Shown here piece after piece: positions 31,301 to 43,944 of a stretch of 64,000 nt of DNA. The notes below the pieces were generated by a model. That model was given only the letters and a program-made list of their open reading frames with translations. It did not search any database and was not told where the DNA came from. Position 1 is the first letter of the stretch. Every line of letters begins with the position of its first letter. The translations under genes were made by a program, and so were the position numbers. Source of the DNA: a bacterium (GTDB lineage: Bacteria > SAR324 > NAC60-12); NCBI GenBank assembly GCA_965209155.1, contig OZ242383.1, positions 1,216,001-1,280,000 on the forward strand, read 5' to 3'.

Positions 31301-32185
31301 TTGCCGATAGTGAATCCAAAAATATCAATAGACATTTTGCGTGACTTGGTTTCCATTTATCGTCGAGAGTTAATTGCTTTCGGAAATAAGAAAAGTGATG
31401 TAGATGGCATTAAAGGCAACCATGAACTAATTCGTGTTTATTATGGTGTACAAAGACGCCTTGTCTCACCAGTACCACGAAAATTACATAAGTCGAAAAA
31501 TTTTGCATGCCCGCCTGAACACGCAAGTGTAGTTACTTCTTTAGAGCGTATGATCGAAAATGGCGACAATATAACACCGTATCTCAGCACAAAGATAAAA
31601 AGCATTGATTACAATGATTCTTTACTTAATGATTGGGGGATTCACCACCTACATCTTGGAGTTAATAAAAAATCCGATGGTTTCGCAGAGCGTACGGGAC
31701 ATTTGCTGTATTGTTATTTTGAGGAGTCAAATGCATATCTGATAAACGTACTTGATCATCATAATTTTACTTCACAAATACTGATCCACACCGTGCACAA
31801 TAATTGGCCCGAAATTCTATCAGGATTCCAGATGAATGGATTAAAAGGTGATATGCTCACCGATGAGCAAATCCGTACACTACGAAAAAAAAATGTTAAC
31901 TACACACTAGAAATGACAGATGGAAAAGTCTATGCACCTCCCGGTGGTGGAGTAACCTGTGCTGGTTTTAACATTCATGACAGTATAAACGCTGATTACT
32001 TGATAGATTGGGCGACTCACCAACAGGATAAAGTCATAGAATGTATTCCAGAAGTAATTGAGAGGGCAAAGAAAAATGGGCGTGATTTTTCAGATGAGAT
32101 TGAGTTTTGCTTGTTTATTTCAGAAAATGCTTATTGGGTTGAGGATATCCATAGCGGATACAGACATCCGATACAATCGCCATAA
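31301..32185 (+). CDS. Hypothetical AT-rich protein with DSLLNDWGIHHLHLG motif
   Basis: 294-aa ORF, TTG start, His-rich motif; function unknown. Confidence 0.7.
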   Translation: MPIVNPKISIDILRDLVSIYRRELIAFGNKKSDVDGIKGNHELIRVYYGVQRRLVSPVPRKLHKSKNFACPPEHASVVTSLERMIENGDNITPYLSTKIKSIDYNDSLLNDWGIHHLHLGVNKKSDGFAERTGHLLYCYFEESNAYLINVLDHHNFTSQILIHTVHNNWPEILSGFQMNGLKGDMLTDEQIRTLRKKNVNYTLEMTDGKVYAPPGGGVTCAGFNIHDSINADYLIDWATHQQDKVIECIPEVIERAKKNGRDFSDEIEFCLFISENAYWVEDIHSGYRHPIQSP

Positions 32186-32334
32186 ATACAAAATGTAGCG
32201 TGTCTCTTGTTATGGCCATTTGTAGATTTTTTAATTTTCTTAAGAACCGATTTAGTTGTATGCGAAAAATGCAGCAACGAAAAGAGTAACTGACTTGCGA
32301 ATTAAACCTCATATCAAAACAACCTCATTCTTTA

Positions 32335-35300
32335 TCAGGTACTGTTTTTAGGCCATTCGGGTAGCCCCTTGACCAGTTTGACGGTTTCCAGACTGATGGT
32401 GATGACCTTGCCAATCAGTTTGACGATGTACTGCGGGTCGTTTGGGCGGTTGGGGTCATTGGTGATGCCGCTTCGTTTGTCGGTCTTGACCTGATACTGG
32501 TAGATCACCCAATCCAGGGCTGAGCGATTGCCCAAGCGGTAGTCGAAGGCTTCGGGGGGAATGCCAGCCAAAGTGAGGAAGTCATTGTAGCGGATCTGAG
32601 TCTTGTCTTTGGATAACCTCATCTTCTCGACGCACCAATTGAGAGACACACCAGGTGTCTCAATGAAGTCGAGGTGGTATTCGGGTTGGTCTTCATAGAA
32701 AACATGGATGTCTGCCAGACGTCTTCCTGTTTTGACGAAGCCCCAGAAATTCGGATGGAAGGGGACCCGGGGCAACTCCCTTTTGAGATTCGCCTGATAG
32801 GTTTCACGGTAGCCGGGGTGATGCAAGACTGCGTAAACGTAATGGAAGACGTCCCACTTGTTGATGCTCTCGTCCTGGTACTGAGAACGGAACGCCTGCA
32901 AAGCCCAACCTGTGATGTTCTCTCGTCGATACGTCCCGTCCTCATTATAGGTGTAAAAGGGGAAACATTGGGTTTTTTCCAGTATGTCCAGACTCGGAAT
33001 CAATTCTGACATCATGGCTTGAAAAGGTTTGTTACTGCCCAGACCACTGACACAAATGACCCGATTCTCGGTTTCCGTTTCTGGTGTGGGGAAGATGGAT
33101 GGGAAACCGTAAACTCTTTCGTTTAGAATTCGATCAAAGAATAAGTTTGACTTGGTGAAGGGACGATAGAGTGCGTGACTCACTTTCCGTTCAGAATATT
33201 CAGCGATATTGCCACGTTTCAAATGTAGTTTTAAAGACTCACTCCAACTGATTTTAGTGTCATCATTAATGACGAAATCATCAACGTTTGTCTCATCGTA
33301 TGTATGTCGTTTCCATTTGAACACATGTTCATTGTAATAATCGATTGTCCGCTGCATGTTCACAGTGAGCGTGTTCCGGTTGAAATTGTACGCCCAGGCA
33401 TCACGATTGGTGCTGACTCCAAGACTATAGTGTTTGAAAATCACCTCCATGGCCTCATCTTTTTCCCGTCTTGCTTCTTTGCTTCCCATGGGGATAAAGG
33501 TCTCGAATTCACAGCGCAGTCCCTCCGTGAGCCACGTATGATTATTATCCGGTTTTACCGGCTGCCATTCGATGTTTTGGTACTGATCCTTGTCATCTAG
33601 ATATTTAAACTTGTTTTCCTTACGCCAGGATTCATCAACGCGAGCATAGAAAATACTGTTTCGGGAATCTTCATTGTTTCTTTTTTTGACGAAAAAATTG
33701 ATGCAGACTCCTACCTGAATGCCAAAGACGTTGTGTGTCGTTCCTGAAAGCTTTGGATTCTTGCGTACGTTTCCTCCCAAATCGAGCATATATATCGTGT
33801 CAAAATCATCGGTGAGATGTTTTCGCATGCCATCAAATGCCGTACTATCGAGAAAACTGTTGTTGGTGACGAAAGCAATAATTCCCTTTTCTCCAATGCG
33901 GTCGGATGCCCAACGAATGGCCTTCACGTAGGGATCCGACAATGGTTTTTTACTTGTCGCATGGGAGTCTCCGGTATAGGTCTCCGCAACTCGCTTATCC
34001 AAGGTCTGATATTTTCGATTCTTGTTGTTGTCGTTTTCGTTGACTTGACCGGCGTTGTAGGGAGGATTGCCGATAACCACGAACATCGGCGTCTTTTTTT
34101 GATTTTCAAGGCGCATTGTGTTTTCAGGAACAAAAAGGGGTAACTGGCGCTCTTCCGCCAGCTCGAAAGTGTCCACGAGGCAAATGCCCTCGAAAGGCTG
34201 GTAAGTCCCCGTTGCCTGGTAAAATTCGTGTTCGATGTTCATGGAAGCGACATAGTATGGAAGCAGCATGATTTCGTTGCAGTGAAGCTCGCGCGTATAC
34301 TTATCCGGCAAAGCCGTTTTGCGGATTTCCCGCATGATGCGGACGATGAAATTGCCGGTGCCCACGAAGGGGTCGATGATGTGGACTCCCTCATCTGAAA
34401 GTGAGGTCTCGAATTCTCTGCACAGGATCTGCTGCACACTTTTTACCATGAAATCCACAATCGGTTGCGGCGTGTAGACGATGCCGTGGGTATCGGCGAC
34501 CTTGACTGAAAAGCCCTGGAAAAACTGCTCGTAGACGGTGTTGAGGAAATGCTGTTTCTGTGAAAAATCACTGATGGTTGCCGCCGTTCTTTCTATGGAG
34601 AGATAGAAGTGGTCCAGGCTTTTAAGGAAATCTCTTCGACTGAAGGATTGGGAAGTGAGCGCGTCGATGACCATCTCGATCTCATTGGCGATGACGTTAC
34701 GACGGGTAAAGTCGGGGTTGTTGAAGACGGTGCGGAAAATCCGCACCGTGAGTAGGTGTTGAATGAGCATTTCCTCGACGGCGGCTTCTGAGAGGTCGGG
34801 GTTGATCGAGGCGCGACATTTCTCCAGGAAATCCGCAAAGGCGTTGCTGAAGACGCTGTTTTTCCTTCGTTCCTCCTGAATCAGCTTTGCCACTCCACTT
34901 CCGATTTCGGGAACTTTGTCTTTGAACTGCGCCACCGCCTCCTGCCATTCAGCGTATTCTTGCGGACGGTATGAAAAAAAGGTCTGCAGGGTTTCGATCA
35001 ATTGTTCCGAGTCGCTCAAGTCATTGTCGAGTACCGGCTGCCCGTTCTGCCAGAGAATGGCTCGTTTGGGAGTTTGGAAGAGGATATTCGTCTGTGGATA
35101 ACCCGCCTTGAACTTGCGAAGCGCTTCTTTGGGTAAATCATCGTGGATGTCCTTGGCCTCCCAGTAACCATGCGTCAATTTAAAATCATCGATCAAGGCG
35201 CCATCGACGACAATTCTTTTGTTGAGAGCAAGGTTGATGGAATATTCGGGAATGAGTTTCCAGCCACGCTGTTTACCACACCCTTCGAGCAAGGTTTGGA

Positions 35301-35412
35301 ATGCCGATCGCACCGCGCTTTCGTGGGTGAAACCATGTCGATCAAATTGCGCCAGGGAATGGTAGTAATCTTTGATGACCTTGTGGCCGGGTTTGAGATT
35401 GAGGTCTGGCAT
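32335..35412 (-). CDS. Single-chain restriction-modification enzyme: nuclease + N6-adenine MTase + type ISP-like specificity domain, no helicase
   Basis: VDG..YWEAK nuclease-like motif, GIVYTPQPIV, IIDPFVGTG, IGNPPY, C-terminal YRPF and YRLGNRSALDWV. Confidence 0.85.
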   Translation of the reverse strand: MPDLNLKPGHKVIKDYYHSLAQFDRHGFTHESAVRSAFQTLLEGCGKQRGWKLIPEYSINLALNKRIVVDGALIDDFKLTHGYWEAKDIHDDLPKEALRKFKAGYPQTNILFQTPKRAILWQNGQPVLDNDLSDSEQLIETLQTFFSYRPQEYAEWQEAVAQFKDKVPEIGSGVAKLIQEERRKNSVFSNAFADFLEKCRASINPDLSEAAVEEMLIQHLLTVRIFRTVFNNPDFTRRNVIANEIEMVIDALTSQSFSRRDFLKSLDHFYLSIERTAATISDFSQKQHFLNTVYEQFFQGFSVKVADTHGIVYTPQPIVDFMVKSVQQILCREFETSLSDEGVHIIDPFVGTGNFIVRIMREIRKTALPDKYTRELHCNEIMLLPYYVASMNIEHEFYQATGTYQPFEGICLVDTFELAEERQLPLFVPENTMRLENQKKTPMFVVIGNPPYNAGQVNENDNNKNRKYQTLDKRVAETYTGDSHATSKKPLSDPYVKAIRWASDRIGEKGIIAFVTNNSFLDSTAFDGMRKHLTDDFDTIYMLDLGGNVRKNPKLSGTTHNVFGIQVGVCINFFVKKRNNEDSRNSIFYARVDESWRKENKFKYLDDKDQYQNIEWQPVKPDNNHTWLTEGLRCEFETFIPMGSKEARREKDEAMEVIFKHYSLGVSTNRDAWAYNFNRNTLTVNMQRTIDYYNEHVFKWKRHTYDETNVDDFVINDDTKISWSESLKLHLKRGNIAEYSERKVSHALYRPFTKSNLFFDRILNERVYGFPSIFPTPETETENRVICVSGLGSNKPFQAMMSELIPSLDILEKTQCFPFYTYNEDGTYRRENITGWALQAFRSQYQDESINKWDVFHYVYAVLHHPGYRETYQANLKRELPRVPFHPNFWGFVKTGRRLADIHVFYEDQPEYHLDFIETPGVSLNWCVEKMRLSKDKTQIRYNDFLTLAGIPPEAFDYRLGNRSALDWVIYQYQVKTDKRSGITNDPNRPNDPQYIVKLIGKVITISLETVKLVKGLPEWPKNST

Positions 35413-35540
35413 GAAATGATTTTCCTGAAATGGTTAATGCAATGAATGAATTTACCATATCGTTTGTGATTGCCCATTTCAATAAAATTGACTCAAATGA
35501 TCCGCTTGTTCACCACGGCGACAGTGAGTCATGCCTTTTA

Positions 35541-35901
35541 TGTCATACTGGTCCCGGATCCAGTCCGGGATGATCCGGTATCCAGGGTTCAAGCTGGCTT
35601 CCTGATGTTGCCTCCCTCTGGATTCCTGGTCTGGGCCAGGAATGACACAAAGGGAAGGCACAAAGGCACAAAGGAAGAGAGGCACAAAGGAAGAGAGGCA
35701 CAAAGGCACAAAGTACTGGAATCCTGGTCTGGGCCAGGAATGACATGCTGCGGGATGCCGGGGCTTCACACGGAATGACACTCTCTTGGATTCCTGGTCT
35801 GGGCCAGGAATGACATGCGGCGGGATGTCGGGGCTTCACACGGAATGACATATACACCAGGATACTCATATTATTGAAGATTTATGTCGAACTCTGGTTA
35901 A
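35541..35901 (+). repeat. REP cluster / MITE with GGCACAAA octamer repeats, a 70-bp-period tandem duplication and the empty intron target
   Basis: Five GGAATGACA ends; 35717-35780 repeats at 35787-35850; 35849-35901 matches the intron 3' exon at 50/53 nt. Confidence 0.88.
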
Positions 35902-36337
35902 ACAGGGTCTTTCATCTTTATCCCTTTGTCCTTGATCAGAAATAACAGCAACGATGAGGTGGTTTCCAGCAAACAGGGAAACTAAGACTCTGCAATTCCA
36001 TATTTCCTATTAAAATGGTAGGAATTTGGCCTTTAAAGCCCAAAACACAGGAAAGTGGTTCGCTTTAAATTGATAAAATTTAATTGTATGGTAATATTAG
36101 AGACTGAAATAAAAAAAGCGCTGGAGATTCGGATAAACCGCGCATCGGAAGGAATGTCCAGCTCGTTAATGACACTAAAAACATATTTCAGGATTCTGTA
36201 ATAAATAATATATTAAAAAATAAGTTGTTTTTTTTAAAAAAGTAATTTATTATTATAAAAGTGGCTAGGGACCTGAACCAAGGGGATGAATAAATATTCC
36301 CCATAAGTATTTAATTATATTGTTTAGAGGTCCGATT

Positions 36338-37120
36338 ATGGCACGATCAACTAAATTGAACTCAGTCACGCAAAAGAAAATTTGCGATTTGCTGAAACAA
36401 GGGCACTTTTTAAAAACTGCGGCTGTGTTGGCCGGCGTGTCCGCACGGAGTGCGCATAGCTGGCTGGCTCGTGGGCGCAAAGAGGAAATCCGCATAGCCG
36501 GGGGGGATGTACCGGTGGACCCTGACGAAGCGAAATACCTTAAATTTTTGTTCAAGGTCGAAGAAGCAACTGCGCAACCGGTCAATAGAGCCTTAAAAAA
36601 GGTAATGGCTGAGGTCGACCAAGACGTCAGTACGGCGAAGTGGTATTTAAGTCATCGTCAACCCGATACCTGGGGTGGGAAAAGACGGTCGGAAAAGCCT
36701 GTCGATGAAGTGGAAGAAAAATTGGAAGAGGAGGAGACTGAAAAGAAGCCAGAAACTTTTTCCGTGGATGGATGCCACCACGCGGAGATCGATTGCGCTT
36801 GTCCCTGCGATCAGCACTACCTGTACGGTGAAACGGTACCGGAAGATTGCATTTGCTGGCAATATCACAACCCTCCCGAAAAATCTTGCGGGTGCCTTGA
36901 CGATCGGGATTTAGAAATTATTTCCGATATTTATGGTATCCAACCAATAAAATTCGGTTTTGGCATAAGTAAAGGCCCGGAGTTTTCGCGTCTTGTACCG
37001 GGCAGGTATAAGAAGTTAAAAACCCTTTTTTCGAAAAATCCATACGAGCTATTTAAACGAGGTAACCAGATTATTAAATCGAGTGACGGAGACGAAGAAA
37101 CTATTGAAATCATTCACTGA
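36338..37120 (+). CDS. HTH protein resembling phage terminase small subunit-like proteins, with a Cys/His-rich C-terminal part
   Basis: STKLN..ICDLLKQG..AAVLAGVSARSAHSWL..AKWYLSHRQPDTWG; CHHAEIDCACPCDQH..CIC..CGC. Confidence 0.55.
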   Translation: MARSTKLNSVTQKKICDLLKQGHFLKTAAVLAGVSARSAHSWLARGRKEEIRIAGGDVPVDPDEAKYLKFLFKVEEATAQPVNRALKKVMAEVDQDVSTAKWYLSHRQPDTWGGKRRSEKPVDEVEEKLEEEETEKKPETFSVDGCHHAEIDCACPCDQHYLYGETVPEDCICWQYHNPPEKSCGCLDDRDLEIISDIYGIQPIKFGFGISKGPEFSRLVPGRYKKLKTLFSKNPYELFKRGNQIIKSSDGDEETIEIIH

Positions 37121-37163
37121 AAAGACTCGCCTGGAACAATTCGGCGAATGTCTGGCCGCTCTA

Positions 37164-37205
37164 TGATAGGGGTCAGGGAGGCAAAAGCCTTCCTGACCCC
37201 TATCA
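37164..37205. repeat. 42-bp palindrome derived from group II intron domain VI; possible terminator between convergent genes
   Basis: TGATAGGGGTCAGGGAGGC-AAAA-GCCTTCCTGACCCCTATCA. Confidence 0.8.
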
Positions 37206-37253
37206 CGGTATCTCTTATATGAAGATTCCATAACATATTGAATTTATTAAATG

Positions 37254-37273
37254 CTTATCTCGAACTCGGGTTA
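37254..37273 (-). repeat. Right copy of the 20-bp inverted repeat
   Basis: CTTATCTCGAACTCGGGTTA is the exact reverse complement of 19926-19945. Confidence 0.85.
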
Positions 37274-37353
37274 AATAGATTCCTTCGGAACAAGCGCGGG
37301 ATGGTATAGGGATGAGCAGGATGAACCGGAATTTCCAGGGAAAACAGAATAGA

Positions 37354-37770
37354 TCATTTAAATTCAGTGGCGGACTGTCGGACAAGAGCACGTTTCAGCT
37401 TGGATTCATATTTCAACATTCGTTGGGCCTCAACTTCATCTTCACCAAAATGGCCTTTCAAAACCTCCCTTGCTTTCCGTTCGGCAATTTGAGCACGTCC
37501 TGCATCGATTTCACCTGCTTTTTCTGCCAGTTCGGCAAGTACAGTGACACGATTGCCTTCGACCTGGGCATATCCCCAATGAATGGCCAGGGCCTGGCGC
37601 CGGTTTCCTGTTTGATAAGACAAGATTCCAGAATCGAGCGTGGTTATCAACGGGACATGCTCCGGCAATATACCCAATTCTCCTTCACTACCAGGAAGAG
37701 TCACCGCATCCACAGTTGCTTCTTCCAAAATTTTTCTTTGAGGAGTGGCAATTTCTAATTGTAAACTCAT
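37354..37770 (-). CDS. atpC: F1 ATP synthase epsilon subunit
   Basis: LEIATP, GELGILPEHVPL, VTVLAE; follows atpD. Confidence 0.95.
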   Translation of the reverse strand: MSLQLEIATPQRKILEEATVDAVTLPGSEGELGILPEHVPLITTLDSGILSYQTGNRRQALAIHWGYAQVEGNRVTVLAELAEKAGEIDAGRAQIAERKAREVLKGHFGEDEVEAQRMLKYESKLKRALVRQSATEFK

Positions 37771-37797
37771 GCTTGGGAATTTCTTCGCTTGTAGGTT

Positions 37798-39204
<1,407 letters not shown>

Positions 39205-39252
39205 TTACCTTTTTGACGATGGGTTAATGAGAATCGTTCGAGGTTTTTGAAA

Positions 39253-40140
39253 TCAGAGCGATTCGGCTCCGCTGATGATTTCAATCAATTCTCGCGTGAT
39301 TGCCGCCTGACGGGTGCGATTGTAGTACAATTGTAATTTTTCAATCAACTCTCCAGCATTCTTGGTGGCTGAATCCATGGCCGTCATGCGCGCCGCATGT
39401 TCTCCGGCAATCGAATCCAGCCAGGATACCGCCACCTGATTTTCCAAATATTTTTTCAAGAGCCGGTCCAGGACCTGATCGGCCGAGGGTTCAAAGAGGA
39501 TTTCCCGCTCGTCGATATCTTCCTCAACATTAAGTGGCGAGTCAATGGGCAGGAGAGTGGTGACGACGGGTTCTTGGGTGAGTACGCTGATAAAATGAGA
39601 ATAAGCCAGGTAGAGCCTGTCGATTTCTCGTTCCTCGAATTTTTTTATGTAATTTTCCATGATTGCGCGCGCGATTACCGCATGTTCTGAAGGTGGAACT
39701 GCGGTATAGCATTGCAAAATGGTGTGGTCCGTTCTTTTGAAAAAATCCAATCCTTTACGACCAATCACAGTAAATTGAGCATGGTCAACCATGTTGAGAT
39801 CCAATTCTCGTATCACCGACTTGCAAAGGTTGGAGTTGAATGCGCCGCACAGTCCACGATCCGAAGTGATCAGAATGACGGCAATACGCTCTCCTCCGGG
39901 GGTAGACGGTTGAGCTTTCGCAAACAACTCATGGGGTTCCTCGAATACGTTCGTATTTTTCAAATGGGCCGCAATTTGTGAAATGACTCGTTTTAACTCA
40001 AGCGCATAAGGCGTGGCTGATTCAAAATTTTCCTGGGCGCGTCTCAACTTCGCAGCAGAAACCATTTTCATGGCACTCGTGGTTTTTTGAGTGGTTTTGA
40101 CACTCTCGATCCGATTTCGAATCTCTTTTAAACTTGCCAT
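39253..40140 (-). CDS. atpG: F1 ATP synthase gamma subunit
   Basis: AMKMVSAAKLRR, SDRGLCGAFN, RQAAITRELIEI. Confidence 0.98.
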   Translation of the reverse strand: MASLKEIRNRIESVKTTQKTTSAMKMVSAAKLRRAQENFESATPYALELKRVISQIAAHLKNTNVFEEPHELFAKAQPSTPGGERIAVILITSDRGLCGAFNSNLCKSVIRELDLNMVDHAQFTVIGRKGLDFFKRTDHTILQCYTAVPPSEHAVIARAIMENYIKKFEEREIDRLYLAYSHFISVLTQEPVVTTLLPIDSPLNVEEDIDEREILFEPSADQVLDRLLKKYLENQVAVSWLDSIAGEHAARMTAMDSATKNAGELIEKLQLYYNRTRQAAITRELIEIISGAESL

Positions 40141-40156
40141 TGAAGATATAAATGAG

Positions 40157-42224
<2,068 letters not shown>

Positions 42225-42237
42225 TACGTCTCCTGGA

Positions 42238-42795
42238 TTATTGCAATTGATTTAAATATTTTTTGATCAAATTGTCGTGCCGGGCATCGTCAATTTTTTC
42301 TTTGATCTGCGCTTCCGCAAGCCTGATGGTTTCACTGGCAGTCCACTGTCTTAATTCGGCTTCTGCTTTTCGATATTCTTGTTCGATGGCAACTTGCGCC
42401 TGAATTTTCATTTTTTCCGCCAGGGCGACTCCTTCGGCAATGATGCGCTCTTTTTCCGCATTTGCCTCTTGCCTGGCTTCTTGCAACATCGTTTGGGTTT
42501 CGTCTCTCATCTGGGCCCATTTTTCACGAAATGCTGCCAACTCCGTATTGGCTCGCTTTTGGGCTTCCCTGGCATCCTCGATCGTCTGTTTGGCGTTTTG
42601 CGCCGAGTTTTTCAGACCGTTGGCAATTGGTTTTCTAACGAAATAATAAATCACTCCAAACAATACGGAAAAATTGATTACTTTGAAAAAAAAATCCAAG
42701 TAAGAAGAGCCCGATCCCTCTTCAGCGCCATATAATGAAAAAGTGACCCCCAAGAGTAGTATTGTGAAACTCAGCAAGATTGAAAGATTTTTCAT
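42238..42795 (-). CDS. atpF: F0 ATP synthase subunit b
   Basis: KVINFSVLFGVIYYF TM then coiled coil; operon position. Confidence 0.9.
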   Translation of the reverse strand: MKNLSILLSFTILLLGVTFSLYGAEEGSGSSYLDFFFKVINFSVLFGVIYYFVRKPIANGLKNSAQNAKQTIEDAREAQKRANTELAAFREKWAQMRDETQTMLQEARQEANAEKERIIAEGVALAEKMKIQAQVAIEQEYRKAEAELRQWTASETIRLAEAQIKEKIDDARHDNLIKKYLNQLQ

Positions 42796-42840
42796 GTATT
42801 TGACTTACATGGACATTTGAAGTCACCGCCTTCCACCTGG

Positions 42841-43314
42841 TCAACTCATTAATCGATTGGCAGTGACAGTGGCTAACTTATGGGTTAGTAGTTGTAATTG
42901 GGCTTTGGCGACTTTCAGTTCCCCGTTCAACGAGTTTTTTCCTTTCTCCAATTCTTTTTCTCCCAACTGGTGGACGTCCTGCAGCAGTGTTTCTCTTTGT
43001 CTCAGTGCTTCCTGACGAGTGAGATTGTATATTTCAGAAACTTCCATTCTTGCTGCTTTCAATTGTTCCTCATATTCAACTCGTAGTTTGTTGATTTCCA
43101 CACTGGTGGCTGCGGTTTGCACTTTACTGTCTTCTATAATTTTCTCACGATTGTCGAGGGTCCGGAAAACGGGTTGAAACAACCATTTGCTCATGATGAA
43201 TATCACCAATAACAAAAGAATTAAAACCACAACCGGCGTGGCTATCTGCAAATGCAGCAATCCATAATCGAGATTGAACCCCCACCAGGCATTTTTAAGA
43301 ATCAATTCTTTCAT
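42841..43314 (-). CDS. F0 ATP synthase subunit b'
   Basis: TM followed by WLFQPVFRTLDNREKII and coiled coil; precedes atpF. Confidence 0.85.
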   Translation of the reverse strand: MKELILKNAWWGFNLDYGLLHLQIATPVVVLILLLLVIFIMSKWLFQPVFRTLDNREKIIEDSKVQTAATSVEINKLRVEYEEQLKAARMEVSEIYNLTRQEALRQRETLLQDVHQLGEKELEKGKNSLNGELKVAKAQLQLLTHKLATVTANRLMS

Positions 43315-43489
43315 CAGTCTCTTTCAGGTTAAAACTTTCAATGCAAACGCAAAGGTGTTTCAATGATTGTCGTTCGCAAATCAAACAGTATAGCATAAAC
43401 TCCCTTATGGGTCAAGACCCTTTTCGTGGACAAAATAAAAATATCCAAAATAGCGAATTATCGGAGTTTTTAAGTTCCAATTACTTCAG

Positions 43490-43682
43490 GCGTTATCAGC
43501 GTGGAATAAAAAATTTTTTTACGCTATACTCTCCTTTAGTGGAAAGTTGGGGCATTTATGATAACTCTTCCAACTCTCCTGGCCTGATAGCAACAGCCTA
43601 TCAAAACGGAGACCCAGTCGTTCTTCAGAATGATTTATGGATTCAATTGAGAAATCAATATGAGAATTTTTCCAATTCCTGA
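43490..43682 (+). pseudogene. C-terminal remnant of a zeta-toxin-like/AAA ATPase
   Basis: RRYQRGIKNFFTLY..W.IYDNS motif; P-loop N-terminus absent. Confidence 0.6.
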
Positions 43683-43842
43683 AAATTTATTCAGTGTTGA
43701 AGGAAAACGAATCGAAAAAGTACTTCAGCAAGCCGTTAATGAAGCATTGCTGATTCATAAGCATGCCGGTAATCCGGTTGCTATTTGGAAGAATGATAAA
43801 ATTGAAATTATCCCACCTGAAGAAATTTTTATAGAAGTTTAA
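43660..43842 (+). CDS. Small partner protein of the zeta-toxin-like gene
   Basis: AVNEALLIHKHAGNPVAIWKNDKI..IPPEEI; overlaps the upstream remnant. Confidence 0.65.
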   Translation: MRIFPIPENLFSVEGKRIEKVLQQAVNEALLIHKHAGNPVAIWKNDKIEIIPPEEIFIEV

Positions 43843-43944
43843 CGGTCACCTCTTCCTCTTAGTTCCCTTTTTTCGTTTTCCTACTCAACGACCCCCTGAT
43901 TTCTTTCAATATTCTGATCTCATTTTTTTACAGGTTCAATGAGT

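Noticed and set aside
35610..35850. Regularly recurring GGAATGACA repeats as a CRISPR array
   Set aside because: The intervening segments are themselves duplicated or low-complexity, the repeat matches dispersed REPs, and no cas genes are present.
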